Shown: piece by piece, positions 28,035 to 39,411 of the stretch
How positions within the stretch are numbered: the first letter of the stretch is position 1
How the letters are laid out: each line of letters starts with the position of its first letter
Assembly: GCA_965200595.1 (NCBI GenBank)
Contig: CBDAUE010000002.1
Location: 412,359-476,358 of the forward strand
Reading direction: 5' to 3'
DNA from: Thermodesulfobacteriota bacterium
Lineage (GTDB): Bacteria; Desulfobacterota_D; UBA1144; Nemesobacterales; Nemesobacteraceae
DNA length: 64,000 nt
Made by a program: the position numbers and the translations under genes
The notes under the pieces: generated by a model
The model's input: only the letters and a program-made list of their open reading frames with translations
What the model was told of the DNA's origin: nothing
The model's database searches: none

Positions 28035-31000
28035 TCAGTATCCGAGATTCGGACGGAGCCATTTTTCTGCTTCCTCAGAGGGAATTTTTTTTCTTTTCGC
28101 ATAATCGAGAACCTGGTCTTTCAGTATTTTCCCAAGAAAAAAATATCTTGATTCTGGGTGGGCCATATAGAATCCCGATACCGAACTTGGTGGAGTCATA
28201 GCAAAACTCTCAGTAAGCGATACGCCTGTGTGTTTTTGTGCCTCGAGAAGATCCCAGAGAATCTTTTTTTCAGTGTGATCCGGACATGAAGGGTACCCGG
28301 GAGCAGGCCTTACACCTCTATATTTTTCGTTTATCAGGTCTTCGGTGCTTAAGTTTTCATTTTTTCCGTAACCCCATATATCCCTTACCTTTTTATGGAT
28401 CATTTCGGCAAGAGCTTCAGCTATCCTGTCTCCCAGAACGCTTGCCATAATCGAATTGTAATCATCATCTTTTTTCTTAAAATCCTCGGAAAATTTCTCA
28501 ACCCCATCCCCCGCCGTCACCACAAAGCCTCCCATGTAATCTTCTCTGCCCGAGACCTTAGGGGCTACAAAATCGGAAAGACAGTAATAAGGTCCTTGTT
28601 CAGAACGCATTTCCTGCTGTCTTAGGAAATGAAACACCGCCTGAATCTTTTTTTGCTCTCTATGTTCGGGCGGAGGATTCTGACAACAGCATGTGGGGTG
28701 AGAATCTTCTCCAGCATTATAGATCTCGACATCGTCTCCGACACTGTTTGCGCGGAAGATTCCGACAACAGCACGTGGGGTGAAAATTTTCTCCAGCATT
28801 ATCTGCTTAAGGAGTGTCTGACCGTCCCGGTAAAGTTTTTTTGCCTGATCTCCTCTTTCGGGATGCTCAAGTATTTTGGGAAAAACTCCTTTAAGCTCCC
28901 ATGCCCAGAAAAAAGGAGACCAGTCTATGTAACCGGAAACTTCTTCAAGAGAGATGCTGTCAAATACAAAGACTCCAAGTCGCCCCGGACACTCTATTCC
29001 GATGTTATCCCAGTCAGTCGGAAACATTTTTTTTCTGGCCTCTTCTATCGTAGCGTACTCCGTTCGGCTTCGGGCTTTTTCAAAACGCTGTCTTTGCTCG
29101 TAGTTGCTTTTTTCCAGTTTTTCCGTGTAGAGCTTGGCTTTTTCCGGATCCAGCATCTCGTTGCAGGCGCCTACCACAAGCGAAGCATCAGCCACGTGAT
29201 CAACTATGCCGCTGTATCCGGGGGCTATTTTTATGGCAGTATGGGCCCTGCTTGTTGTCGCCCCGCCTATAAGAAGAGGGATTTTAAAACCTTCCCGTTC
29301 CATTTCTTTTGCGTTATACACCATTTCATCAAGCGAGGGAGTTATCAGTCCGCTTAATCCTATAAAATCTGCTTTATTTTCTCTGGCAACATTGAGTATT
29401 TTTTCACAGGGAACCATTACTCCTAGATCTATTACTTCGTAATTGTTGCACCCAAGTACCACAGACACAATGTTCTTTCCTATATCGTGGACATCTCCTT
29501 TTACAGTCGCTATAACAAATTTTCCCTTTCTTCCGCCACTTCCCTCTTTTTCCTCTTCCATAAAAGGTTGAAGATGTGCAACGGCTCTTTTCATCACTCT
29601 GGCGCTTTTTACCACTTGGGGAAGAAACATTTTGCCGTCACCAAACAAATCGCCGACAACTTTCATTCCATCCATAAGAGGACCTTCAATAACCTTAAGC
29701 GGTACCCCGTATTTGATCCTAGCTTCTTCGGTATCATCCTCAATGAAATCCGCTATACCGTTTACAAGAGAATGTTCAAGACGTTTTTCAACCCCGAATT
29801 CCCTCCATTGCCTAGTCTCTTTTTCTGAACCCACAGACTTTGCGCCTTCAAATTGTTTTGCGTGCTCAACAAGACGCTCCGTAGCATCAGTGCGACGGTT
29901 AAGAAGCACATCCTCCACTTTTTCAAGAAGCTCGGGGTCAATTTCATCATAAACGGTAAGCATCCCGGCATTCACTATTCCCATGTCAAGCCCGGCTTTT
30001 ACGGCGTGGTAAAGAAATGCACTGTGCATAGCTTCACGCACTATGTTATTTCCCCTAAAGGAAAAGGATATGTTGCTTACTCCGCCGCTTGTTAGTGCCT
30101 GGGGACAGGATTTTTTTATTTCTCTTACGGCCTCTATGAAATTCACAGCGTAGGAATTGTGTTCTTCAATTCCTGTTCCGACAGTGAGTATATTCGGGTC
30201 AAAGATTATGTCGCAGGGGTCCATGCCCACTTTTTCAGTCAATATGCGATAGGCCCTTTTGCATATCTCCACTTTGTCCTCTTTTGAGGCCGCCTGGCCA
30301 TTTTCGTCAAAAGCCATTACCACAACTGAAGCGCCGTAGCGCATCGACGCTTTTGCCTGTTCGCAGAACACTTCCTCGCCTTCTTTAAGACTTATGGAAT
30401 TTACAATGCATTTGCCCTGAATACATTTAAGTCCCTGCTCAATAACGGACCACTTGGAACTGTCTATCATCACTGGAACCTTGGTCACCTCGGGTTCTGA
30501 AGCGATAAGATTGAGAAAACGCTTCATGCAGGCTTCGGAATCAAGAAGTCCTTCATCGAAATTAACATCAATTATGTTCGCTCCGTTTTCCACCTGCTGA
30601 AGAGCTACAGAAACAGCTCCGTCATAGTCTTCTTCCTTTATAAGTCTTGCAAACTTTGGAGAACCCGTAACGTTGGTCCTCTCCCCGACCATAATAAAAG
30701 GTCCTCCGGCCTTGGATGTCAGGGTAAGGGGTTCAAGACCGCTTAGTCTGGTTAAGTCTTCGCAAACCGGTATTTTCCTTGGCGGGATATCGCTTAGCCT
30801 TTCAACCACCATTTCTATATGCTCGGGAGTGGTACCACAGCATCCGCCCACTATGTTGACAAAGCCGTTTTTTGCGTAATCCAGAAGAAGGGCGGATGTG
30901 ATCTCCGGCGTTTCGTCATATCCAGTCTCGCTCAGCGGGTTGGGAAGTCCGGCGTTTGGATAGCAGCTTATATGGCAGTCGGCTATCTGCGAGAGTTCCT

Positions 31001-31796
31001 CTATGTAAGGACGCATCTGTTCTGCCCCCAGCGCACAGTTTATTCCGACGCTGAAGGGTCTTGCGTGGCGAACAGAGTTCCAGAAAGCTTCCACGGTCTG
31101 TCCTGAAAGAGTGCGCCCGGATCGATCCGTTATGGTAACGGAGATCATGACCGGAATTTTCTCTCCTTCCCACTCGTCGAAAAAACTTTCAATGGCGTAT
31201 ATGGCCGCCTTGAGGTTAAGTGTGTCAAAAGTGGTTTCGGGCAGAAGTATATCCACTCCTCCCTCAACGAGAGCTTCGGTCTGTTCTCTGTAAGCCTCAA
31301 CCAGTTGATCAAAAGAAACCGCCCGGTACGACGGATCATTTACGTCAGGGGACATCGATGCCGTCTTATTGGTCGGACCCAGCGCTCCGGCCACGAAGCA
31401 GACTCTCTCCGGGTTTTTTTCCATAAAATCAGAAGCCGCCTTCTTTGCAAGTTTCGCCGATTCGACATTAAGGCTCCTAACCCACTCTTCCAGACCGTAA
31501 TCGGCCTGAGCTATTGAGGTGGAACTGAAGGTATTGGTCTCAACAATATCGCAGCCGGCTTCAAAATACGTTCTGTGGATTTCATATATGATGTCGGGTC
31601 TGGTAAGGGAGAGCAGATCGTTATTGCCTTTGAGATCCAAAGAGTGGTCAGAGAACATCTCTCCCCTGAAGTCTTCTTCTTCTAGTCTGTGCCTTTGAAT
31701 CATTGTGCCCATGGCGCCGTCGAAAAAGACTATTCTCTTTTTCGAAAGAGCCTCAAGCCGTGCAGAGATTTTCGTTCCGTTATCCTTTGTACTCAT
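28035..31796 (-). CDS. metH: cobalamin-dependent methionine synthase
   Basis: Hcy-binding, pterin-binding, B12-binding ([11 protein letters not shown]) and AdoMet-activation modules. Likely start MSTKDNG at 31796. Confidence 0.95.
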   Translation of the reverse strand: MSTKDNGTKISARLEALSKKRIVFFDGAMGTMIQRHRLEEEDFRGEMFSDHSLDLKGNNDLLSLTRPDIIYEIHRTYFEAGCDIVETNTFSSTSIAQADYGLEEWVRSLNVESAKLAKKAASDFMEKNPERVCFVAGALGPTNKTASMSPDVNDPSYRAVSFDQLVEAYREQTEALVEGGVDILLPETTFDTLNLKAAIYAIESFFDEWEGEKIPVMISVTITDRSGRTLSGQTVEAFWNSVRHARPFSVGINCALGAEQMRPYIEELSQIADCHISCYPNAGLPNPLSETGYDETPEITSALLLDYAKNGFVNIVGGCCGTTPEHIEMVVERLSDIPPRKIPVCEDLTRLSGLEPLTLTSKAGGPFIMVGERTNVTGSPKFARLIKEEDYDGAVSVALQQVENGANIIDVNFDEGLLDSEACMKRFLNLIASEPEVTKVPVMIDSSKWSVIEQGLKCIQGKCIVNSISLKEGEEVFCEQAKASMRYGASVVVMAFDENGQAASKEDKVEICKRAYRILTEKVGMDPCDIIFDPNILTVGTGIEEHNSYAVNFIEAVREIKKSCPQALTSGGVSNISFSFRGNNIVREAMHSAFLYHAVKAGLDMGIVNAGMLTVYDEIDPELLEKVEDVLLNRRTDATERLVEHAKQFEGAKSVGSEKETRQWREFGVEKRLEHSLVNGIADFIEDDTEEARIKYGVPLKVIEGPLMDGMKVVGDLFGDGKMFLPQVVKSARVMKRAVAHLQPFMEEEKEGSGGRKGKFVIATVKGDVHDIGKNIVSVVLGCNNYEVIDLGVMVPCEKILNVARENKADFIGLSGLITPSLDEMVYNAKEMEREGFKIPLLIGGATTSRAHTAIKIAPGYSGIVDHVADASLVVGACNEMLDPEKAKLYTEKLEKSNYEQRQRFEKARSRTEYATIEEARKKMFPTDWDNIGIECPGRLGVFVFDSISLEEVSGYIDWSPFFWAWELKGVFPKILEHPERGDQAKKLYRDGQTLLKQIMLEKIFTPRAVVGIFRANSVGDDVEIYNAGEDSHPTCCCQNPPPEHREQKKIQAVFHFLRQQEMRSEQGPYYCLSDFVAPKVSGREDYMGGFVVTAGDGVEKFSEDFKKKDDDYNSIMASVLGDRIAEALAEMIHKKVRDIWGYGKNENLSTEDLINEKYRGVRPAPGYPSCPDHTEKKILWDLLEAQKHTGVSLTESFAMTPPSSVSGFYMAHPESRYFFLGKILKDQVLDYAKRKKIPSEEAEKWLRPNLGY

Positions 31797-31884
31797 CACT
31801 CCCCAGCCTTGCCAAAAAACATTAATTCTCTTTTTTCCCCTGCCGGTAAGCACAACCGTTGAGGGAAACAGTAAAAAGCGGATT

Positions 31885-32676
31885 TTACCATATGTTCCTG
31901 AGTTCTCTTAACCTTACGAAAACTTCCATCGGGTCACTTCCCAAAGACGGATCCCTTCTCCTCAGAGAGTCCAGAATGGCCGGATCATCAGTTCTCATGA
32001 AAGGATTATATTTTCTTTCCTCCCCCAGGGTTGAGCGGGGAAACCTGTCCTCGGCAATTTCTTCTAGCTTTTTCTTTGCGGCTTTGTTTTGTGGTAGAAG
32101 ATCAAGAGTGAATTTAAGATTGGTTTCCGCATAGTCATGCCCGCAGAACATCCTGAGACTGTCGGGAAGCGAGGAGAGCTTAAAAGCGAAAGTCTCGTAT
32201 AGGTCTTCTACCTTTCCTCTGAACTTTACGTTTCCGCATCCTGAGACAAATACCGTATCGCCCAGAAAAATATTGTCCCCCATTATAAAGGAGATATGCT
32301 CCGGGCAGTGTCCCGGGGTATGAATCACCTGAAGTTTCTGCCTTCCGAAATCTATCTCGTCTCCTTCATCTACGCCTTCGCTTCTTGGAGATACATAGTC
32401 AAGGGCGGTTTGATGAATAAGTATCTTTGAGGAGAGAAAGACTTTTATTATGGGATTGTTTCCGTAAATATGGTCCGGATGGGCATGGGTGTTAAGGACA
32501 TATTTAACCCTGTAATCCCTTTTTCTTATGATCTCAAGAACAGCAACAGGGTCAAGAGGATCTATGACCACGCATTCCCCGGTTTCCTCGCACGCGACCA
32601 GATAATTGTAATTGCTGTCGCTCTCGCCGACTTTGAAGCCATGTATTGAAAATCCGTCCTCGCTAATTACCTTCAT
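31885..32676 (-). CDS. gloB: MBL-fold hydrolase (hydroxyacylglutathione hydrolase-like)
   Basis: NTHAHPDH metal motif, 263 aa. Confidence 0.75.
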   Translation of the reverse strand: MKVISEDGFSIHGFKVGESDSNYNYLVACEETGECVVIDPLDPVAVLEIIRKRDYRVKYVLNTHAHPDHIYGNNPIIKVFLSSKILIHQTALDYVSPRSEGVDEGDEIDFGRQKLQVIHTPGHCPEHISFIMGDNIFLGDTVFVSGCGNVKFRGKVEDLYETFAFKLSSLPDSLRMFCGHDYAETNLKFTLDLLPQNKAAKKKLEEIAEDRFPRSTLGEERKYNPFMRTDDPAILDSLRRRDPSLGSDPMEVFVRLRELRNIW

Positions 32677-32796
32677 CTAAGGGTCTCCTTTTCGCGTGAA
32701 AGTGTACCTGAAAGCCTCATTACGAATAAAAAACCGGGGTCGTCTGCTATGGGCAACAAGAGCAAAAACTTCTTTGAAACCTAGCAGTGCAAGTCG

Positions 32797-34746
32797 CGAG
32801 GCATTTGCGTAGTAAAGGATAGCCATACGGGGCAGGGGTATAAGGAGGGGTGAAAAAACTTTTCACCCCAGAATCTTGGTAAAAACCCCTAAAAAACGAC
32901 TGATTCTGGTCAAGGACCGCAAATTCCACCCCAAGCCGTAATCTGCGTTGAAAAACTTAAGGAAAATAGCAGATAACTTACTGATATCACCTGATTAAGT
33001 GGTCGCCATGGGTTATAATTAAAGGCATACCAACCTTAAAAAAGGAGCAAACCCATGGCGACACAATTTAATCTACCTTTCAGCTGGGACCAAGTCGATA
33101 GAGCATCGGATTTTAACCGTCTTCAGATGGTTCTTGACAGCCTGCCCGACGCCCATATCATCCGGGCTCTTGAGTGTATGCGCAAAAACGGACGCAACCA
33201 GTACCCGGTATCTGCGATGTGGAGGGCCTTTGTGGCGGGGATAGTGTTCGGGCACGAATCCATAGAGTCTTTAATCCGGGAGCTTAACCGCAATTCATCT
33301 CTGCTTGCCGTCTGCGGATTCTCCACGGTGCCTATGCAGAGACGTGACAGGTATGAGGTTGAACCCGGCGGCGTGGTCAAGATTACAGATTTTGAGTCTC
33401 GCAGTTCTGCTCCCCGCAGTTATAACTTCTCCGGGTTCCTTGCAAACCTTGCAAAGCTCGACCTGCAGCAGGGTCTGGTATCGGAGATGATAAACAATCA
33501 TCTGTGCAAAGAGCTTATGGAGGTGCTTCCCGAATTCGGCAAGCACCTCGGTTATGACGGCAAGGCGATAAAGAGTCATTCAACAGGCAGAACAAACCGC
33601 AGGGCAGGCAAAAAGTCTGATCCCGACGCGAACTGGGGCGTGCACAAGTACCGAGGAGTTGATTCTGACGGCAGGGAATGGAGCAAGGTAAAAAAATGGT
33701 TTGGCTACCGGCTTCATATCATTGCCGACACCGAGTATGAGATACCGGTTGCGTTCAGTCTGACCGAAGCCTCGACAAGCGAAATAAAACAGTGTGAACG
33801 GATGGCTGACAGTTTGTTCGGCAATAACTCCGAGCTTGCCGGGCGGTGCAAGTACTTCACTGCTGACAGGGGGCTTGACAGCGGTCCGCTCAAAGCCAAG
33901 CTGTGGGATGATTACAGGATCAGCCCGATTATAGACATCAGGCGGCTGTGGAGGGAGGAAAAGCAGGGGCAGAGCTATGTTCCGGGGCAGAGGATCATGA
34001 GACCTCTTAACAGTGTGCACGACAACATTCTTTATACTGAGACGGGACAGATATGGTGTCGCTGTCCGCTAAGCGGCAAGGAGCGCAGGATGGCTTCTTA
34101 CGGGCTTGAGAAGAAAAGAGGCACTTTGAAGTTCCGCTGTCCGGCGGCCGCCGAGTACAATCTTGACTGCAAGGGCTGGAAGAAGTGTCACAGTGACGCG
34201 GGCAAAAAGACCAATGGTTACGGCAGGGTGGTGCGGGTGTCTCTTGAGCGTGACCGTCGTATTTTTACTCCCGCGCGGCACGGCAGTCCGTCATGGAACC
34301 GGGCTTACAGAAAGCGAACTGCCATTGAGCGTTTAAACTCACGCATAGGGGGCAGCTTCAGGTTTGAGAAGCACTATATCAGGGGCAAGGCGAAGATGGC
34401 CTTCAGAGCGGGTATGGCGATTGCAGTGATAATGGCTCTTGCGGTGGGTCACGCAAAGGCTGGCAGAACGGAGCGTATCAGATCCCTTGTGTCGGGGTTT
34501 TATGCCGATACCGGATAGTCCTTCTTTAAATTATTCACCAGAAAATTTAAACGGAATTCAACCTTGTGTGGACTGCTGCGTCCGCACCCGGGCAGAACAG
34601 CGATTCCTGGGTGAAATTGGTGCTGAGTTGTGTCTGAATCAGCCTGAATCAGACAACTCGGCTTTGAAATTGCCGGAATACCCTCCCCTCCCTTCCGCTG
34701 TGTGCTTCCAAAAATCTCAAAACCCCCCTACTACGCAAATGCCTCG
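32797..34746 (+). mobile_element. IS4/IS5-superfamily insertion sequence (DUF772-type transposase; IS5/IS1182-like), 1950 bp
   Basis: Perfect 18-bp terminal inverted repeats: CGAGGCATTTGCGTAGTA at 32797-32814 and its reverse complement at 34729-34746. No target duplication seen. Confidence 0.8.
33055..34518 (+). CDS. DDE transposase (DUF772 N-terminal domain)
   Basis: N-terminal GRNQYPVSAMWRAFVAGIVFGHESIESLIRELNRNSSLLAVCGF and C-terminal YRKRTAIERLNSRIGGSF...K signature. Confidence 0.85.
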   Translation: MATQFNLPFSWDQVDRASDFNRLQMVLDSLPDAHIIRALECMRKNGRNQYPVSAMWRAFVAGIVFGHESIESLIRELNRNSSLLAVCGFSTVPMQRRDRYEVEPGGVVKITDFESRSSAPRSYNFSGFLANLAKLDLQQGLVSEMINNHLCKELMEVLPEFGKHLGYDGKAIKSHSTGRTNRRAGKKSDPDANWGVHKYRGVDSDGREWSKVKKWFGYRLHIIADTEYEIPVAFSLTEASTSEIKQCERMADSLFGNNSELAGRCKYFTADRGLDSGPLKAKLWDDYRISPIIDIRRLWREEKQGQSYVPGQRIMRPLNSVHDNILYTETGQIWCRCPLSGKERRMASYGLEKKRGTLKFRCPAAAEYNLDCKGWKKCHSDAGKKTNGYGRVVRVSLERDRRIFTPARHGSPSWNRAYRKRTAIERLNSRIGGSFRFEKHYIRGKAKMAFRAGMAIAVIMALAVGHAKAGRTERIRSLVSGFYADTG

Positions 34747-34760
34747 AAATCCCATTCTAT

Positions 34761-34789
34761 TTGACAACAAAGACGGCTCTCGATATGTT
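34761..34789 (+). promoter_or_regulatory. sigma70-type promoter for tRNA-Gly
   Basis: TTGACA (34761-34766), 17-nt spacer, TATGTT (34784-34789), 17 nt before the tRNA 5' end. Confidence 0.6.
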
Positions 34790-34806
34790 TTCAGTTCCCT
34801 TTCGCT

Positions 34807-34883
34807 GCGGGAATAGCTCAGTTGGCTAGAGCGTCTCCTTGCCAAGGAGAAGGTCGCGGGTTCGAATCCCGTTTCCCGCTCCA
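34807..34883 (+). tRNA. tRNA-Gly (anticodon GCC), CCA encoded
   Basis: Acceptor GCGGGAA/TTCCCGC, anticodon stem TCTCC/GGAGA with loop TTGCCAA, T-loop GGTTCGAATCC. Confidence 0.9.
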
Positions 34884-34901
34884 CTTCTTACACCGCTGCA
34901 C

Positions 34902-35639
34902 TCATATTCCGGTCTGTTCGAAAAACTCGCCAATTTTCCGACGGATTACCATATCAGCCTCATCGTCAAAAGGAGTCTTCATCAGATTTATGATCACAAG
35001 CGCGGCCCCTTTGGAAATAGCAAGCCGGGGAAGCCCGCTTGCCGGGGCAACCAGCAAAGAGGAGCCCATAACGATCAGCACTTCGGAGTCCGATACGAGA
35101 TCAATCGATTTTTCCCATGTCTCTTCGGGAAGTGCCTCTCCGAAAAAAACAGCATCGGGTTTCAGAATTCCTCCGCACTGAAGGCACAGAGGAGGGTTCT
35201 CCCCTTTCGCAACCCTGCTCATTGTGTCATCCATCGGATAGTACTCCCGGCACTGCAGACAAACGACGCGCCTTACCGAACCGTGAAGCTCAAAGACATT
35301 CTCAGAACCCGCTTTTGTGTGGAGTCCGTCAACGTTCTGTGTTATAATGCCCCTGAGCCAGCCCTTTTTCTCAAGGCGTGAAAGCGCGTAATGGCCCGCA
35401 TTGGGTTCGGCCGCCGCTCTGGCCGGATAGGATTTCATCGCGTATGAATAGTAATTTTCCGGATTTTTCAAAAATCCGGAAAGCGAGACCGCAGACTGGT
35501 CCATTTTCTCCCACATACCCGTCCCGGGAGAGCGGTAGTCGGGTATTCCGGATTCGGTACTTATTCCGGCTCCCGTAAAGGCAACCCCTCCCTGGGTTTT
35601 CTCCAGAAGCTCCAAAAAAAGCCTGACTTCCTTTTCCAT
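34902..35639 (-). CDS. cobB: NAD-dependent protein deacylase (sirtuin)
   Basis: GAGISTESGIPDYR, QNVDGLH, and the Zn ribbon CLQC...CLQCGG. Confidence 0.9.
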   Translation of the reverse strand: MEKEVRLFLELLEKTQGGVAFTGAGISTESGIPDYRSPGTGMWEKMDQSAVSLSGFLKNPENYYSYAMKSYPARAAAEPNAGHYALSRLEKKGWLRGIITQNVDGLHTKAGSENVFELHGSVRRVVCLQCREYYPMDDTMSRVAKGENPPLCLQCGGILKPDAVFFGEALPEETWEKSIDLVSDSEVLIVMGSSLLVAPASGLPRLAISKGAALVIINLMKTPFDDEADMVIRRKIGEFFEQTGI

Positions 35640-35654
35640 ATAATATGTCGGGCC

Positions 35655-36260
35655 CTACCCTGCAAAAGCAGTGAATCTGGGAGTTCCCTCGATGCTTTCG
35701 CACCATCTGCTGACCGATGGATATGCCTCCAGGTCAAAACCCCCTTCCCCGCAGAGCATCGTGTATGGATAGCATGCGATGTCGGCTATGGAGTAATTCC
35801 CGCAGAGAAATTCCGTTCGGGAAAGATGATCGTCAAGAATCGCAAGCGCGGCATTTCCCTGCGCATGAAGCTTCTCCATTGCCCCGGGAGGCACCTGGTC
35901 GGGAGGCAGGAACTTCGCAAAATACCTTGCAACCGCAAGGTTCGGGTCCACAGTCGTCTTTCCAAAAAAAGTCCACTGCGCAATCAGGCCATAGGTTTGC
36001 AAATCGTCCGGGAGGTAGGAATTCGGAGAAAACCTGTTTGCCAGATAGAAAAGTATCGCGTTTGATTCCCACATTACAAAATCTCCGTCCGCAAGAACAT
36101 GGATCTTGCAGTTGGGATTAAGCGCGGAGAATTCCTGCTTTTTATGCTCTCCGGCGAATATGTCCACGTTCACTGCTTCGTATTCGACCGAGAGCTGGTG
36201 CAGAAGAAGCCTGGCCTTGTAGGCGTTTCCGGAAAGCGGATGTTCATAAAGCTTTATCAT
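35655..36260 (-). CDS. glutathione S-transferase family protein
   Basis: Thioredoxin-like N-terminal domain (LYEHPLSGNAYKARLLL) plus a helical C-terminal domain; 201 aa. Confidence 0.75.
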   Translation of the reverse strand: MIKLYEHPLSGNAYKARLLLHQLSVEYEAVNVDIFAGEHKKQEFSALNPNCKIHVLADGDFVMWESNAILFYLANRFSPNSYLPDDLQTYGLIAQWTFFGKTTVDPNLAVARYFAKFLPPDQVPPGAMEKLHAQGNAALAILDDHLSRTEFLCGNYSIADIACYPYTMLCGEGGFDLEAYPSVSRWCESIEGTPRFTAFAG

Positions 36261-36755
36261 CTAATCCCTCACGTACTGTAAAAATTCTTCGCTCATGCGT
36301 TCAGTGCCCAGTATCTCATACAGGGCTTTTTTGCGGGGAAACACATAGGTGACGGAGGCGCTTGCAAGCTCTGTTCCGTCCTCGTCCCTTATAACCGAAT
36401 CCACCTCGACCCGCCTTCCTCTGATTTCCTTTATCTTCGCCCTTATGTCCAGAGTTTTTCCGCTCGGAACCTTTTTCATGTAAACCATGTCTATTTTCGC
36501 CGTAAGGGCAATCTTGCGGGTCTCATTGAACATCGCCCAGAAAGAAACCTCGTCAACAAGAGCGCACTGGACTCCTCCGTGCACTATTCCCGGCCAGCCG
36601 CAGAAATGCTCTTGCGGACAAAAATTAGCGAACACCTCATCGGTTTGCTGATTATGAAAGAACTTAAGGCGCAGACCGTGTTCGTTGTGCGGACCGCAGG
36701 CAAAGCAGTTGTAGCCCGGAAAGCCGGAGAGCACGTTTTTGATTTCCCTTATCAT
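36261..36755 (-). CDS. hotdog-fold (PaaI-like) thioesterase
   Basis: CFACGP...GLRLKF N-terminal segment and GIVHGGVQCALVDE hotdog core. Confidence 0.7.
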   Translation of the reverse strand: MIREIKNVLSGFPGYNCFACGPHNEHGLRLKFFHNQQTDEVFANFCPQEHFCGWPGIVHGGVQCALVDEVSFWAMFNETRKIALTAKIDMVYMKKVPSGKTLDIRAKIKEIRGRRVEVDSVIRDEDGTELASASVTYVFPRKKALYEILGTERMSEEFLQYVRD

Positions 36756-39187
36756 CAGTCTCCCTCCGCAATCTTCGCAACTGCGGCCACAATTTCGTCG
36801 GGCTCAAGGTCTATCACCCTTACCCCGACGGCGGCCCGTCCCGTTTTGCGTATTCCGGAAACACTCATTCTTATAAGTTTCCCCTTCTGGTCGCTTATAA
36901 TCATGATTTCGGTTGCATCATCCACCTGAAACGCTCCCACCACACTTCCGTTTTTCTCGGTCACGTTGAGGGTTTTCACCCCTACCCCTCCCCTGTTCGC
37001 AAGTCTGTACTCGGAAATTTCTGTACGCTTGCCCAGGCCTTTTTCCCCTATGGTAAGTATCTGCGCGTTCTGATTCTTTATCACCTCAAGACTCACTACC
37101 CGGTCATCCTCTCTGACTCTTATTCCTTTAACGCCGATTGTTCCCCTGCCGGTATTCCTCACTCCTGTACTTTTAAACCTGATTGCCTGACCGGCTTTTG
37201 TGGCGAGGAACACCTCGTCATCCTCAGAAATCAGCTCCGCTCCCACCAGTTCGTCGCCATCGCTTATCTTAAGGGCGATTATTCCCCCCGCCCGGGGATT
37301 TGAATAGGCTTTCAGCTTCGTTTTGTTAACAGTCCCGTTGCGGGTAGCCATGATTACGGAGACATCGGCCGAGAAGTCGTCGACCGGCACCACGGCCGCC
37401 ACCTTCTCCCCTTTGTCGAGATTAAGCAGGTTCACGATGGCCTTTCCGCGCGCCGCCCGGGAAGACTCAGGCACTTCATAAACCTTAAGCCAGTAGCATT
37501 TCCCCAGGTTTGAGAAAAACAGAATGCTGTTGTGTTTTGACGCAGTGAACATGTCGTTAACGAAATCCGTATCCCTTGTGCCCATTCCGATCTTTCCCTT
37601 GCCTCCTTTTCTCTGGCTCCTGTAAACGCTAAGCGGTATGCTTTTTATATAGCCCCCGTAGGTTGTGGTAACAACCATCTCCTCGTCTTTTATAAGATCC
37701 TCGATGGATATCTCCCCGATATCCTCGACAATCTCGGTTCTGCGCCCGTCGCCGAATTTCTCCCTGAGCCCGGTGAGTTCTTCCACCGCAAGGTCGAGTA
37801 TGAGCTTTTCGCTTCCCAGTATTTCCCTGAGCTTTGCCACAGTTGAAATAAGTTCGAGTCTTTCCTCAAGTATCTTGTCCCTCTCAAGGGCCGTAAGTCT
37901 CTGAAGGCGCATCTCCAAAATGGCCTGGGCCTGGCGCTCGGAAAGCGCAAACGTCTGCACGAGACCCGCTTTTGCGGCCGCGGGGCTCTCCGAAGCTTTT
38001 ATGAGCTCCACGATCTCGTCCAGGTTGTCGAGAGCGATTTTGAACCCCTCGAGAAGGTGAAGCCGCTCCTCGGCCCTGCTAAGCTCGTACTGGGTTCTGC
38101 GGGTAATAACCTCCTTTCTGTGTTCCACGAAATGGTCAAGGAGTTCCTTCAGACTGAGAACCTTCGGCTGATTTCTCACAAGCGCCAGCATTATGATGCC
38201 GAAAGATGTGGACATCTGCGTATGTTTGTAGAGCTGGTTCAGGACCACCTGAGCATGCTCTCCGCTTTTCAAGTCGATAACGAGCCTTATCCCCTGTCTG
38301 TCAGATTCATCCCTTATGTCGGAGATGCCCTTTATTTTCTCCTCCCTAACGAGTTCGGCGATTTTCTGGGCCAGGCGCGCCTTGTTTACCTGGTAGGGAA
38401 GCTCGGTGACGATTATCACCTCCCTGTCCCCCTTTTTCTGCTTCTCTATGAGAACCCTGGCCCTTATCCTAACTATTCCGCGGCCGGTGGCGTACGCGGT
38501 GCGGATGTCATTGCGACCGCTTACAAAGCCCCCTGTAGGAAAATCCGGCCCCGGCATCTTCTCAAGCAGTTCGTCCACTGTGATGTCGGGGTTGCGTATC
38601 TGCGCCACCACGGCGTCGAGGAGCTCTCCGAGGTTGTGCGGAGGAATGTTGGTCGACATTCCCACCGCAATTCCCGAGGAACCGTTTAAAAGAAGGTTGG
38701 GAACCTTGGTTGGCAGGACGCTCGGTTCGAGCTCTCCCCCGTCGTAGTTCGGGTAGAACTCAACCGTCTCCTTATCCAGATCCTCAAGCATCTCTGAAGA
38801 AATTCTCGAGAGTCTGACTTCCGTATAGCGCATGGCCGCCGGACTGTCCCCGTCAACGGAACCGAAATTGCCCTGCCCGTCGACAAGCGGAATTCTCATG
38901 GAAAAATCCTGCGCCATTCTGACAAGAGAGTCGTAGATCGCCGAGTCTCCGTGAGGGTGATATTTACCCATGACATCCCCCACCACCCTGGCAGATTTTT
39001 TGTAGGGACGGTTCCAGACGTTTCCGACCTCGCTCATTCCGTACAGAATTCTTCTGTGAACGGGCTTGAGTCCGTCACGCACGTCGGGAAGAGCCCTTCC
39101 CACTATCACGCTCATTGAATAGCTGAGATAGGACTCTTTCATCTCATCTTCAATATTTACAGTCTGCACTCTGGATAAGGTGCCCAT
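36755..39187 (-). CDS. gyrA: DNA gyrase subunit A
   Basis: GKYHPHGD, active-site AAMRYTE, and C-terminal beta-pinwheel repeats; 810 aa. Confidence 0.97.
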   Translation of the reverse strand: MGTLSRVQTVNIEDEMKESYLSYSMSVIVGRALPDVRDGLKPVHRRILYGMSEVGNVWNRPYKKSARVVGDVMGKYHPHGDSAIYDSLVRMAQDFSMRIPLVDGQGNFGSVDGDSPAAMRYTEVRLSRISSEMLEDLDKETVEFYPNYDGGELEPSVLPTKVPNLLLNGSSGIAVGMSTNIPPHNLGELLDAVVAQIRNPDITVDELLEKMPGPDFPTGGFVSGRNDIRTAYATGRGIVRIRARVLIEKQKKGDREVIIVTELPYQVNKARLAQKIAELVREEKIKGISDIRDESDRQGIRLVIDLKSGEHAQVVLNQLYKHTQMSTSFGIIMLALVRNQPKVLSLKELLDHFVEHRKEVITRRTQYELSRAEERLHLLEGFKIALDNLDEIVELIKASESPAAAKAGLVQTFALSERQAQAILEMRLQRLTALERDKILEERLELISTVAKLREILGSEKLILDLAVEELTGLREKFGDGRRTEIVEDIGEISIEDLIKDEEMVVTTTYGGYIKSIPLSVYRSQRKGGKGKIGMGTRDTDFVNDMFTASKHNSILFFSNLGKCYWLKVYEVPESSRAARGKAIVNLLNLDKGEKVAAVVPVDDFSADVSVIMATRNGTVNKTKLKAYSNPRAGGIIALKISDGDELVGAELISEDDEVFLATKAGQAIRFKSTGVRNTGRGTIGVKGIRVREDDRVVSLEVIKNQNAQILTIGEKGLGKRTEISEYRLANRGGVGVKTLNVTEKNGSVVGAFQVDDATEIMIISDQKGKLIRMSVSGIRKTGRAAVGVRVIDLEPDEIVAAVAKIAEGD

Positions 39188-39411
39188 ATACTGAAAAAAC
39201 CCTCCGGAAGAAAGAAAAAGAAATGGGTGTGAAATAAACTGGTTAGGATGATATTGTACACGAACAAGTCTGCAGATTCCAGAGCCGGACGCAGAGCCTG
39301 CGGCAGACTGTCCAGACTCCGAAGCCGGATGCGGAAGGGCGCATGCGGTCTGCTGGATTCAACAGGTGAATTCGTGCTATAGTTTAGAAAAGAGGCAGGA
39401 GAGTGGCAAGA

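Noticed and set aside
28629-29357. Long ORFs antisense to well-supported genes. These are 28629-29357 in metH, 38057-38689 in gyrA, 40951-41658 over coaD and the aminotransferase, 43980-44618 in hom, 706-1335, 5202-5891, 15141-15815, 54988-55593 and 61712-62218.
   Set aside because: Each overlaps a gene with strong motif support on the other strand, and none has recognisable motifs. They are typical shadow ORFs.
31797-31853. The 19-codon N-terminal extension of metH ([19 protein letters not shown]).
   Set aside because: The conserved MetH N-terminus begins at the internal Met (MSTKDNG...[11 protein letters not shown]), so the extension is probably untranslated.
34822-35381. ORFs starting inside tRNA-Gly and running antisense to cobB.
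   Set aside because: They overlap a clear tRNA and a sirtuin gene with all its motifs.
34902-35639. The Sir2-domain protein as a defence (Thoeris/DSR-like) effector.
   Set aside because: It is a 245-aa stand-alone CobB-type sirtuin with the Zn ribbon and no fused sensor or partner gene. The context (GST, thioesterase, gyrA) is housekeeping.
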